Source of the DNA: a bacterium
Lineage (GTDB): Bacteria > UBA8248
DNA length: 64,000 nt
Assembly: GCA_965200245.1 (NCBI GenBank)
Contig: CBDATS010000004.1
Span: 256,001-320,000 of the forward strand
Direction: 5' to 3'
Position numbers and translations under genes: made by a program. The notes under the pieces are model-generated. The model searched no databases, was not told where the DNA came from, and was given only the letters and a program-made list of their open reading frames with translations. This document shows positions 10,184 to 19,396 of this stretch, in pieces (positions within the stretch are counted from its first letter, which is position 1; each line of letters begins with the position of its first letter).

Positions 10184-10215
10184 AAAAAAACGGGGGAGCG
10201 TCGCACACTCCCCCG
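10184..10215 (-). terminator. Rho-independent terminator of the LLM/AhpD operon
   Basis: CGGGGGAG/CTCCCCCG stem with a T7 tract on the minus strand, just after the stop at 10240. Confidence 0.8.
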
Positions 10216-10239
10216 GTCACATCACGCAAGGCTTTCGAG

Positions 10240-10617
10240 CTAATACCCTTCGTCTATCACCTCTTTGAGTTGCGTGCAGCCCGCCACGAGTGCAGTCATC
10301 CCGCATGGGGGAAGCATGCACTCCAAGGCCTCGGTCGCCTCCTCGACGGTCGCGCCAAGTTGCAAGGCTTTCTTCAGGTGGTTCTTTATGCCCTCGGTGT
10401 CGGAAGGGTCCCGCGAGGCACTCGCCACAGCGATGAAGAGTTCCTTGTATTTCTCGTGAAAGGGACCCTGTTTCTTCATGATGTGGTTCTTCAGGTTTTC
10501 GTAGTTCTCAAGAAGTTCCGGGTCCACCTCGCAGAGGAGTTCATACGCCGGATAGATAAATCCCCGTGCCGCCTTCATCTCCTCGTACAAGGCCCTGCCC
10601 CGCTCGCTCATCGCCAT
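10240..10617 (-). CDS. Carboxymuconolactone decarboxylase (CMD/AhpD-like) family protein
   Basis: KYKELFIA...HLKKALQLGATVEE motif; GAGGA RBS. Confidence 0.85.
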   Translation of the reverse strand: MAMSERGRALYEEMKAARGFIYPAYELLCEVDPELLENYENLKNHIMKKQGPFHEKYKELFIAVASASRDPSDTEGIKNHLKKALQLGATVEEATEALECMLPPCGMTALVAGCTQLKEVIDEGY

Positions 10618-10661
10618 CGTGAATCCTCCTCAAGCCAACCCCCGTCTCGGGCACAAAACTC

Positions 10662-11432
10662 CTATGGATACACTTCCTTCTCGAGCACGGAAACCTCGTG
10701 CCCGGGCAGGATGTATTCCTCTTTCGTGGCGCGTTCGATGCACTTCCAGATGGAGTCCATCGCGTCGCGCATACTCGACATCTGTCCTGCGGGAACACGA
10801 CGTTCAAGTCCTTCATTTATCTGGATGACGTCGGCGGCGATGACGTAGGTGCCCACGCGCGTCTCGACGGCGACCGAACAATGCCCCGGAGTATGGCCCG
10901 GCGTGTGGAAATAGGTTACGCCCGGCACGATCTCGTAATTGTCCTTCCAGATCGGCTCGAAGATGATTCCCTGCTGCGCGATCACGGGCCAGCGGGTGTT
11001 GGGGTGAATCGGCGCGTCGTAGGGCTTCGACTGCAGCGCGACCGGGCAGATGGAGTATTGAAGCTCCTCGGCCCACACGTACTTGATGGCGTTGGTGAAC
11101 AAGTCACAGTTCTGGGAGTGATCCCAGTGGAGGTGCGTAAGGATGAGGATATCGACTTCCTCGGGCTTCCAGCCCGCGCCTTCGAGTTGCTCGCGTACGC
11201 CCTGGCCGGGTTCCCTGCTCGCGGGCCATGGGGCACCGCCGCGCTCGGGGTCCAGGAAACTGGTATCGACCACAACCTTCACATCTTTGCCGTCGTGGTC
11301 TTTCGCCCCTTCGATCATATAGATGAACGAGGGAATGGCGAGCTTCTTCCCGAAATTCGTCCAATACACCATATTGGAGTAATCCGTGTGAATGGTGCCG
11401 CAGTTCAGCGGACGGATGGTGAGGTCTGGCAT
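10662..11432 (-). CDS. Metallo-beta-lactamase-fold hydrolase (N-acyl homoserine lactonase-like)
   Basis: THLHWDH, TPGHTPGH, ILPGHE motifs. Confidence 0.9.
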   Translation of the reverse strand: MPDLTIRPLNCGTIHTDYSNMVYWTNFGKKLAIPSFIYMIEGAKDHDGKDVKVVVDTSFLDPERGGAPWPASREPGQGVREQLEGAGWKPEEVDILILTHLHWDHSQNCDLFTNAIKYVWAEELQYSICPVALQSKPYDAPIHPNTRWPVIAQQGIIFEPIWKDNYEIVPGVTYFHTPGHTPGHCSVAVETRVGTYVIAADVIQINEGLERRVPAGQMSSMRDAMDSIWKCIERATKEEYILPGHEVSVLEKEVYP

Positions 11433-11549
11433 GGAAACTCTTCCTTTCTGCTTTGTTTCGCGGCCGTGGCGGACCGCAAACCTATGATGGCGAATACGCC
11501 GGATAATCACCGACCGGACGCCCCAAGGCCGGCGAACGGATGTTCGTGC

Positions 11550-12149
11550 TCAGGCCCGCGCGGTTCTCGCGTAGCGCACCACCTCCATCAACTCCTCGGG
11601 GCCTTCGGATTCGACCGCGTCGAGACCGAGAGCGAGGTTCAGCCGGTTGCTCATGTTCCGGTACGACACCGATCCGATAATGTCCAAAATGTTCTCGTCG
11701 CTGAAGCCCGCCCCGCGCAGCGAGTCGAGATCCTCCTCGCTCATGGCGTAGTGGTCGAACGTGAGTTTTTCGGCGAATTCGAGCATCGCCTTGTCGGCAT
11801 CGTCGAGAACCGGGGAATTGTTCCTGTCCATCACCACGGTGGCCACATCGGCCAGTGTTACGTCATCACCGCTTTCTGCACGGAAAGCCTGGCCATGGTT
11901 CATCGTTCAGCCATAGCACCCGCCGATGGTGGCCACATAGTAGGAAAGCAACTCCTCGCGTCTCTGGCCCAGCGTCGAATTGCCGCCGTGAACAGCCATG
12001 TTCATGGTCTGGCGTCCGTTCAGCACCTCAGGCCTGCGCGCCATCGTGAGCAGCAGCTTGGGCACCGCGCCTCTTTTCGCCCTGATGCCCTCAAGTATTC
12101 CGTGCGCGGGTTCCTGGGCGTCATTCAGCCTCAATGGGGATATCCACAT
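11550..12149 (-). CDS. AhpD-like peroxidase-related selenoprotein (CxxU; UGA at 11907-11909)
   Basis: Two in-frame ORFs joined by TGA give GG-C-Y-G-U-TMNHG; C-terminal LEFAEKLT...LRGAGFSDENI...NMSNRL; hairpin downstream of the UGA. Confidence 0.82.
11864..11897 (-). promoter_or_regulatory. Putative bacterial SECIS element
   Basis: GCTTTC-CGTGCA-GAAAGC stem-loop starting 19 nt after UGA, with G at loop position 2; lower pairing CATGGCC/GGTGATG. Confidence 0.6.
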
Positions 12150-12182
12150 TCTCCGTTCTCCTCCATACCGATACCGGTTGCT

Positions 12183-13229
12183 TTACGTCACCGCACGCTC
12201 CTCCTGGAACGCGGGCATCACCTCTTTCGCAAACCTCTCTATTGATTGAATCGCCTCGTCTTGGGCAATGCCGCGCAGAACGAAGATCATGATGTGATCC
12301 ACCCTGAATTCCGCCTGGAGTCGCTTGAGGTCGGCAATCACCTTCTCCGGCGGGCCTATGACGCCGCCGCCCTCGATGACCTCGCGGATGTCGACCTCGT
12401 AGCTCCAATTTCGCTTGAGCGCCTCTTTCTCCTCAAGCGGCATCTCGATGGCGTTCACCGCACTGCGATAGGAGAGATACCAAGATTCGGAGGGTTCGAT
12501 TTGCCTCCAAGCATGTTCCGGGTCGTCACACACGTGGACATGGTGCGCCATGAGGGAGGGATAATCGTTCGGGTCGCCCCCCCGGTTGCGCACAGTCTCC
12601 TGGAAAAGCGCCATCTTTTCCAGAAATACGTCGGGGCCCTTGAAAGTGCCCGAAGCCATTATATTGTAGCCCTTCTGTCCGGCGAAGACATAGGTCTCGG
12701 GACTCGTGCCCGCCAGCCATATGGGAGGACGAGGCTTCTGGATGGGCTTCGGGAAAATTTCTGCATCAATGCAGCTGTAATACTTCCCGTGGAAGGTGAG
12801 GCATTCTCCCTCCAGCAGGCGGGTAATCACCTCAAGACCTTCCTGCATCTTCTCCCTGCTTTCGGTGGGGGAGATGTTGAAACCCTGAAACTCTTTGGGC
12901 TGGGAACCGCGCCCGACACCAAGCTCCAGACGTCCGCCGCTCAGCACGTCAACGAGGGCCGCCTGTTCGGCGAGGCGCACCGGATTGTGGAAGGGTACGA
13001 TGCAGATAGCGGTGCCGATTCGTATCTTCCTGGTTCTTTGCGCGATGGCGAGCGCGACCATCAGGGCGTCGGGGCACATGCCCACGCGGGAGAAATGGTG
13101 CTCAGCCAGAAATACCGTGTCGTAGCCGAGTTCGTCCGCCACCTCGCACTGTTCGATCAGTTGCTCGAACTCGTGGCAATAGGTCTCCCCTTCCTGGCAG
13201 GCAGGAATATAAAAAAGCGAAAATTTCAT
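12183..13229 (-). CDS. LLM-class flavin-dependent oxidoreductase
   Basis: AEHHFS, HNPVRLAEQAALVDVLSGGRLELGVGRG, PKPIQKPRPPIW. Confidence 0.92.
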   Translation of the reverse strand: MKFSLFYIPACQEGETYCHEFEQLIEQCEVADELGYDTVFLAEHHFSRVGMCPDALMVALAIAQRTRKIRIGTAICIVPFHNPVRLAEQAALVDVLSGGRLELGVGRGSQPKEFQGFNISPTESREKMQEGLEVITRLLEGECLTFHGKYYSCIDAEIFPKPIQKPRPPIWLAGTSPETYVFAGQKGYNIMASGTFKGPDVFLEKMALFQETVRNRGGDPNDYPSLMAHHVHVCDDPEHAWRQIEPSESWYLSYRSAVNAIEMPLEEKEALKRNWSYEVDIREVIEGGGVIGPPEKVIADLKRLQAEFRVDHIMIFVLRGIAQDEAIQSIERFAKEVMPAFQEERAVT

Positions 13230-13277
13230 CTTTCATGCCTCCATGCCGTTCATGAAATGCCCGCGCGCATGGGCGGC

Positions 13278-13676
13278 TTACGCGCCCATCGTGAAGACCT
13301 TGTCCGCCCGGATACGGTAGATGACGCGCACCTGGCCCTCCTGGCGGTTGGGATAGCTCTCCACCCCCAGGTACTTCTGCGCAAGAGAATCAATGTGTTC
13401 TTCCGCCCCGTTCTCGGTAATCTCGACGACCGTGCCCTGAATTCCCACCCACCTGTAGGCATTTTCGGGGTCAACGATGGCGATCGACACCTTCGGCCTT
13501 GCGCGCATGTTCAGGTCCTTCAGGCGGTTCTTCGCAGAATTGATCTCAATGATGTCCCCGTTGGTATTGAACCACACGGGAGAGACCTGCGGAGAGCCGT
13601 CCTTGTTCTGGGTACCCAGATACAGGAGGGCCTTGGTGTCGAGAATACCGGCATGAGATTCGGGTATCAGCGCCAT
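13278..13676 (-). CDS. PPOX-class (probable F420-binding) split-barrel oxidoreductase
   Basis: DGSPQVSPVW, K..NMRARPKVS, HIDSLAQKYLG..YP, RVIYRI. Confidence 0.88.
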   Translation of the reverse strand: MALIPESHAGILDTKALLYLGTQNKDGSPQVSPVWFNTNGDIIEINSAKNRLKDLNMRARPKVSIAIVDPENAYRWVGIQGTVVEITENGAEEHIDSLAQKYLGVESYPNRQEGQVRVIYRIRADKVFTMGA

Positions 13677-13724
13677 GTTGGATTCCTTATATGAAAAAGA
13701 TTCTCGATTGCGTCCCGGGTACGA

Positions 13725-14699
13725 TCAGACGCACTTGGGCAAAACCTCTTCGGTGAACATTCTGAGAGATTCGTCGAAATCCTGGACTGGCGGATCGATC
13801 ATGATACTCTTGACGCCGTAGGACTCTACTTCCTTGATGCGCTCGACGCACTGTTCGGGTGTTCCCGTGATGGTGAAGCGGTCCAGAATATAGTCGGTGA
13901 TGAGGGGCACGTGCTTGGGATCCCGCCAGTTGCTCACGTCGAAATTGTCAAGAAGGTTCTGAATCTCGGGCTTGTACGGGTCAGGCACCGAATCGAGCGT
14001 CATGCGGAAGTTGTGATGCGCGCGGTTCGCCACTCGCGCCCGTACCTTCTCTCTAGCACGCACACCGTCGGTATCCACAGAGACGACCGCACCGAAAATG
14101 ACATCCATTTCCCCAAGAGAGGGGTCGCGATTCGCCATTCCCTCGTTCAGGTATTTCATCACCCAGTCCACCGTCTCCTGGTAGACGCCCGAACCCACGA
14201 TGACGCCGTCTGCGACTTCGGCCGACATGGAAAGCGTCCTGGGACCCTCGGCGGAAGTGTAGATGGGGATTTCCCGTTCACACCACATCTTCACGTTCAC
14301 GTCCTCTGCATATTCCACCGTCTCGCCGCGTGTAAACGCGCGAATGGCAGCGATGGACTCGCGCATCCGGGCGAGCCGGGCCATCTTCTTGCCCAGCGTG
14401 TAGACAGGCGTGTCGCCCGAACCAATACCGAACAGCACGCGGCCTCCCGAGAGTTCATCGAGCGTCGCGATCGTGCTCGCTGCCACGCTGTCGTCATGCA
14501 GCACCGGGTTCGTTACGCCGGGGCCGATTTTCACGTGCGAAGTATTCTCAATCGCCAGAGCGAGTGCGACGTTGTGATCCCGGCAGGTGAGGTGGCTCTC
14601 CGCAATCCAGACCTGCTCGAAGCCGTTGTCCTCGGCGTATTTCGAACGCTGCGCCACAAGCCGGATGTCATCCGGCACCAGGTGAAGACTGAAACTCAT
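13725..14699 (-). CDS. LLM-class oxidoreductase, Mer-like
   Basis: WIAESH, IGPGVTNP, ATLDELSGGRVLFGIGSGD, AEGPRTL..AEVADGV. Confidence 0.88.
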   Translation of the reverse strand: MSFSLHLVPDDIRLVAQRSKYAEDNGFEQVWIAESHLTCRDHNVALALAIENTSHVKIGPGVTNPVLHDDSVAASTIATLDELSGGRVLFGIGSGDTPVYTLGKKMARLARMRESIAAIRAFTRGETVEYAEDVNVKMWCEREIPIYTSAEGPRTLSMSAEVADGVIVGSGVYQETVDWVMKYLNEGMANRDPSLGEMDVIFGAVVSVDTDGVRAREKVRARVANRAHHNFRMTLDSVPDPYKPEIQNLLDNFDVSNWRDPKHVPLITDYILDRFTITGTPEQCVERIKEVESYGVKSIMIDPPVQDFDESLRMFTEEVLPKCV

Positions 14700-14751
14700 A
14701 CCCACGAAAAGCGCCTCCTGAACTTTGAAAGGAAAAGATGCCTTCAGGGCA

Positions 14752-15822
14752 TCAGGATTGACTTCCATTAGAGCCAGCGGGCACGGCGGCGTGCACCAGC
14801 GGCATGACATCGTTTGCGAAACTTTCTATCGAGCGCATCACCGAGGCATGGTCCGGCCCACGCCAAGGTGCCAGGATAAGGTGATTTACTCCGTAATCGT
14901 CGCGCAGTCTACAGATATCCGCCGCAACGGCCTGAGGATCGGCGATAATGCCGCCTCCCTTGACGATCTCGGCGACGTTCAGTTCATAGCTCCAATTGCG
15001 TTTCAAGTGCCTGGCTTCTTCCTCGGGCATTTCCACCTCATTTACCCTCGCACGGTAGCGCAGGTACTCGCCCTCGCCATCCACCGTGAGCCGGAAGCAT
15101 TCATCGACATCCTCCGCGTCGCACACGTGGATGTGGTGAACGAGTGGCCTCTCGATTCCAGCGGGGTCGACGCCTGATTTCCGGATGGCGTCCTCATACA
15201 ACCCGAACTTCTGCCTGTAGACATCCGGACCCGTAAATCCCGCCGAGGCCGTCACTTTGAAGCCGTTCTCGCCGGCGTAGGTGTAGGTTTCGGGACTCGT
15301 GCCCGCCAGCCAGATGGAGGGTCTCGGCTTCTGCAGGGGCTTGGGAAAGATTTCCACACCCTCGCAGTTATGATACCGCCCCTGGAACGTCACCTTCCGC
15401 CCTTCAAGCAGGCGGGAGAGAATGTAAAGTCCTTCCTTGAGGCGTTCCCGGCTTTCAGAAGGTCTCGCGCTGAACCCCTGGAACTCCTTGGGCTGAGAAC
15501 CTCGTCCCACGCCCAACTCCAGCCTGCCACCGCTAATGAGATCCACCATGGCAGCCTGCTCGGCCAGCCGGATGGGATCGTGGAACGACATGATGGAAAT
15601 GGCCGTCCCCAAATGTATTCTTTTCGTCTTTTGCGCGACTGCGGCACAGATGAGGAGAGGATCGGGAATCATCCCGACGCGGGAGAAGTGATGCTCGGCG
15701 TACCAGACGCACGAATAGCCCAATTCATCCGCCAGCGCGCTCTCTTCGATCATCTCCTCATGTACCAGAGCCTCCGTCATGTCTTCGGGACGGTATAGAA
15801 TGTAGAACAGCGAATATTCCAT
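14752..15822 (-). CDS. LLM-class flavin-dependent oxidoreductase (paralog of 12183-13229)
   Basis: AEHHFSRVGM, GRLELGVGRGSQPKEFQGF, WLAGTSPETY shared with the paralog. Confidence 0.92.
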   Translation of the reverse strand: MEYSLFYILYRPEDMTEALVHEEMIEESALADELGYSCVWYAEHHFSRVGMIPDPLLICAAVAQKTKRIHLGTAISIMSFHDPIRLAEQAAMVDLISGGRLELGVGRGSQPKEFQGFSARPSESRERLKEGLYILSRLLEGRKVTFQGRYHNCEGVEIFPKPLQKPRPSIWLAGTSPETYTYAGENGFKVTASAGFTGPDVYRQKFGLYEDAIRKSGVDPAGIERPLVHHIHVCDAEDVDECFRLTVDGEGEYLRYRARVNEVEMPEEEARHLKRNWSYELNVAEIVKGGGIIADPQAVAADICRLRDDYGVNHLILAPWRGPDHASVMRSIESFANDVMPLVHAAVPAGSNGSQS

Positions 15823-16078
15823 AAAACTATTCCCGGTATCGCAGCGTGAACCTCGATTGGGTGAGTTTCTCTTGTCCTGCCCGGAAGACGGTCCTCGCGA
15901 CGAGTAAAACGCGACCTTCAGGTTTCCCGTATTCGGAATTGGGAGTCATAATGCCGATACCGTCGCTGGCGCGTCAAGGTTGCCCGCCGAATTTACAAAT
16001 TTCGGGTTATCAAATATGCTTGGCCGCTGCTTGAATCATATTGAACGATGAAATACAGGTTTTCCAAGCGGAGGCACC

Positions 16079-16837
16079 TTGAGTTCACTCGCCTTGATTC
16101 TGGCTTTCTGCGCCGCGTTCGTCGGCTCGGGCCTCAAAGCCGTAGGCGGATTCGGCTTCGCCACCCTCACGACACCCACCGTGGCCATTTTCTGGGATTT
16201 GCCCACGGCCATCGCCGTCATTTCCATCCCCACCCTGTGCACGAGCCTCATGAACGCCTGGCGAACGCGTGCCGCCGTCCACGAGGGTTTGAGACCCTTC
16301 GTGCCCTTCTTTTCCATGAGCCTCGTGGGCCTGGCCGCCGGCCTGACGATTCTTCTGAACACCGACCCGCGCCTCATGAAATTCATCCTAGGCGCCTTTT
16401 TGATCTGCCAGATCGTCTGGCAATGGTTCCAGCCCGAAAAACCAGCGCCTGAAAAGTCCCTGAAGCGATCACTGGGCATGGGTGCGGTCGCGGGGCTGAT
16501 GCTTGGCACCATAAACATCCCTTCCCACGTCATTGCCTCATACCTCACCGGAATGAAGATATCCAAAGAGCGCTATCTCTTCGTACTGAGCGCAAGCCAG
16601 GTGGTACTCAGAGTCGCGGCCATTGCTTCCATCGCGGCGGCGGGCTACATCGGCGAGACGGCCCTGTGGCTCATACTCATTCTCTCGACGCCCGTGCTGC
16701 TCGGCTTTTTCGTGGGCACGAAGATATACAACATCTTCACGGATCAGGCGTTCTTCCGTATCGTAACTGCTGTTCTGTTCCTGATGGGCGTTATACTCCT
16801 TGTCATGAACTACGAGGGAATCGCCGCTTTTTTCTGA
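16079..16837 (+). CDS. Sulfite exporter TauE/SafE family protein
   Basis: GGFGFA motif, multiple TM helices, GGAGG RBS before TTG. Confidence 0.82.
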   Translation: MSSLALILAFCAAFVGSGLKAVGGFGFATLTTPTVAIFWDLPTAIAVISIPTLCTSLMNAWRTRAAVHEGLRPFVPFFSMSLVGLAAGLTILLNTDPRLMKFILGAFLICQIVWQWFQPEKPAPEKSLKRSLGMGAVAGLMLGTINIPSHVIASYLTGMKISKERYLFVLSASQVVLRVAAIASIAAAGYIGETALWLILILSTPVLLGFFVGTKIYNIFTDQAFFRIVTAVLFLMGVILLVMNYEGIAAFF

Positions 16838-16968
16838 TTTTCTGGAATTACATCGCAAACCCTGACGGAATTGACGGGGACGAATCATCCGCGCTATTTT
16901 CAGATTCATCGCAAAAACAAAAAAAGCAAAATCATGTTCCGACAGACATTGCATAAGGACCGAACAAC

Positions 16969-17721
16969 ATGCCGGCGAAAGTAAGTATCAAGAATCTGCA
17001 TATGGAATACTACCTGAAGGACAGAAAGGTGCACGCCTTAGAGGACATCAATCTCGATATCCAGGATGGCGAGTTCCTCTGTGTCGTGGGACTGTCCGGT
17101 TGCGGGAAGACCACGCTTCTCAACATCCTGGCCGGATTCCTGAGCCATACGGCGGGTTCCATTCTCCTGGACGGCAACCCCATCTCGGCCGCGGGCCGCA
17201 TGAACCGTGGCGTCGTGTTTCAGGAATACGCGCTCTTTCCGTGGCGTACGGCGCTCAGGAACGTCGAGTTCGGCCTCGAGATGAAGGGTTTCACCAAGGA
17301 AGAACGCAGGCAAAAGGCGCAGGAATACCTGGAACTCGTTCATCTCGAGAAATTCACCCATCTCTACCCCCACAACCTCTCCGGCGGCATGAAGCAGCGC
17401 GTCGCCGTGGCACGGGCTTACGCGTACGAACCCCAGTTCATGCTGATGGACGAGCCTTTCGGCGCGCTCGACGCGCAGACGCGCGAGAACCTCCAGTCAC
17501 TGACGGTCGAGGTCTGGGAAAAAACGAAAAAGACCATCTTCTACGTCACGCACAACCTGAGCGAGGCGGTATACCTCGCCGACAGGATCATCGTTCTCGC
17601 AGGTCAGCCGGGGCAGATTCACAAGGAGATTATCGTGGACGTTCCACGTCCCCGGGACCCCTTCGACCCGAGGGTGATTGAACTCGAACATATGGCGACG
17701 GAAGCCGTACGCGGCAACTAG
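16969..17721 (+). CDS. ABC ATP-binding protein, nitrate/sulfonate/taurine (TauB/SsuB) type
   Basis: GLSGCGKTT, VFQEYALFPW, LSGGMKQR, DEPFGALDAQTR. Confidence 0.92.
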   Translation: MPAKVSIKNLHMEYYLKDRKVHALEDINLDIQDGEFLCVVGLSGCGKTTLLNILAGFLSHTAGSILLDGNPISAAGRMNRGVVFQEYALFPWRTALRNVEFGLEMKGFTKEERRQKAQEYLELVHLEKFTHLYPHNLSGGMKQRVAVARAYAYEPQFMLMDEPFGALDAQTRENLQSLTVEVWEKTKKTIFYVTHNLSEAVYLADRIIVLAGQPGQIHKEIIVDVPRPRDPFDPRVIELEHMATEAVRGN

Positions 17722-17744
17722 CGCAACCCCGAAAAAGAATCACA

Positions 17745-17787
17745 AACGAGAAAGGCCAACTCCACTCGGGAGTTGGCCTTTCTCGTT
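17745..17787. terminator. Long hairpin between convergent ABC genes (likely bidirectional terminator)
   Basis: 19-bp perfect stem AACGAGAAAGGCCAACTCC / GGAGTTGGCCTTTCTCGTT with a 5-nt loop. Confidence 0.75.
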
Positions 17788-17804
17788 CCTGTCGGAATAA
17801 TCAG

Positions 17805-18674
17805 TTATTTGCGCTGACCGCCGACCTCTTCCATCATGCCCCACTTGATGACGGTCACTTTCTCGAACTTCTCGAAGATAAACTTCTCCATCACGAACCC
17901 GACCAGAGCGATGGCCGCGATGCCGACCAGCATGAAGGCGGTGTCCAGATCCTCGCGGCTGTCGAAGATGGCGTAGCCGAGACCCCAGTCGCTCGCGGCC
18001 ACCATCTCGCCCGCGATGCCAGCACGCCAAGCGCGTGCGAGGCCGATACGGATGCCCGAGAGGATGAAAGGCAGCGAACCGGGGAAGACAACCTTCCAGA
18101 ACAGGGTCATTCCCTCGGCATTCATCGATTGCGCCGCACGTATCCACACCGGATTGATGGTCTTCACCCCCGTCCAGGTAGAGGAGATGGCCGGGAGCGC
18201 GGCGGCGAACGCGGTGATGAAGATCATCGTCGTGTTGCCGAGGCCGAACCACAGGACGAGAATCGGGCTCCACGCCAAGGCCGGTATGGGCAGCAGCATG
18301 CTCAGGATGGGGATCATGAACTTCTCGAACCAGCCAACGCGTCCCATAGCGATGCCGATCGCTATCCCCACGAAGCCCGCGATGATCATTCCCACCATGA
18401 TCCGCCAAGCAGTGTGGTAAGAGTGAACGCACAAGACGCACAAAGTCTCACCGGACCTCAGGAAAGTAACTTCGTAGAAGCGATGCAGAATGGGGAATAC
18501 ACGCGGGAACAGCGCGGGTTCACCCACAAACCAGGCGATACTCTCCCAAATCACGAGCACTGCGATAAAGCTCGGGATGTTGTCCCGAATCCACATCCAG
18601 AACTTCTCCTGCGTGGTGTACTCGGTTGGAAGTTTTACGTCATCTCTTCTGACCTCATCCGTCGCCGTCGCCAT
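17805..18674 (-). CDS. ABC permease, TauC/SsuC type
   Basis: PIPALAWSPILVLWFGLG, IRAAQSMNA (EAA-like), AGEM...GLG. Confidence 0.9.
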   Translation of the reverse strand: MATATDEVRRDDVKLPTEYTTQEKFWMWIRDNIPSFIAVLVIWESIAWFVGEPALFPRVFPILHRFYEVTFLRSGETLCVLCVHSYHTAWRIMVGMIIAGFVGIAIGIAMGRVGWFEKFMIPILSMLLPIPALAWSPILVLWFGLGNTTMIFITAFAAALPAISSTWTGVKTINPVWIRAAQSMNAEGMTLFWKVVFPGSLPFILSGIRIGLARAWRAGIAGEMVAASDWGLGYAIFDSREDLDTAFMLVGIAAIALVGFVMEKFIFEKFEKVTVIKWGMMEEVGGQRK

Positions 18675-18894
18675 CAACAGCCTCCTAAATCACGCGAATT
18701 TCAAATCATTTCGTATGGAATGCGTCCATGAGCTAAGTCACGAAATCATTCATCTGCTCTGGATGATTCATTGCGGGCGCATTCCGATTTGCTCAATTTC
18801 AGACTATTGTTGCAAAATTGAAACTCCAAGTCAAAATCATCGGGCAAAGATTTCATCGCTTTCGAATCATGGAATTTCGTGCGGGATCATCGCT

Positions 18895-19329
18895 TTATCC
18901 AGAACCTTTTTCGGCAATATCACGAAACCGCGCGGCCACGCTCTCGTCCGCCCCCTCGCCGATATAGGCACCGTAGGTCGAATCGTCCTCGGCGACTCCC
19001 TCGATCTGCCAGGTCGTATCCTTCGCCACGATGAATATGACGTCCTCATCGTCTGTGGCCACCATACTGTGTAGCGAATTGGCCGGTATGTGGATGATCC
19101 CCCCTTTGCCGACCGTCTTGTGCTCGCCGTCGATCATCGCCTGCAGGCGGCCCTGCTGCACGAATATGAACTGTTCGTTGGGGTGACGATGCGGCCTGCT
19201 GCCAGTCCCTGCGGGCTTGTTGATGACGCCGAATATCACGCGTTCCCCATCGACCCAGGCACCCTCGGAGGTGCTGTAGCTTGCCCCCGCCAGTTTTTGC
19301 TCCATCGTATCGGGATCGTAAAAAGGCAT
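18895..19329 (-). CDS. Cupin domain protein
   Basis: PHRHPNEQ...G..IHIPANSLH cupin motifs. Confidence 0.85.
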   Translation of the reverse strand: MPFYDPDTMEQKLAGASYSTSEGAWVDGERVIFGVINKPAGTGSRPHRHPNEQFIFVQQGRLQAMIDGEHKTVGKGGIIHIPANSLHSMVATDDEDVIFIVAKDTTWQIEGVAEDDSTYGAYIGEGADESVAARFRDIAEKGSG

Positions 19330-19396
19330 TGTCTTCCCTTTCCTCCAATCAGTTGCTCAAGGATTCATGGATACTTTCTGCTTTATACGCGATTGG

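Noticed and set aside
15967-15983. TGGCGC...TTGC as a sigma-54 promoter
   Set aside because: The GG-to-GC spacing does not fit the -24/-12 consensus.
18687-18870. Repeated AAATCAT/GAATCAT words in the intergenic region
   Set aside because: Short, irregularly spaced and in AT-rich DNA. Could be an operator but cannot be supported; not a CRISPR array.
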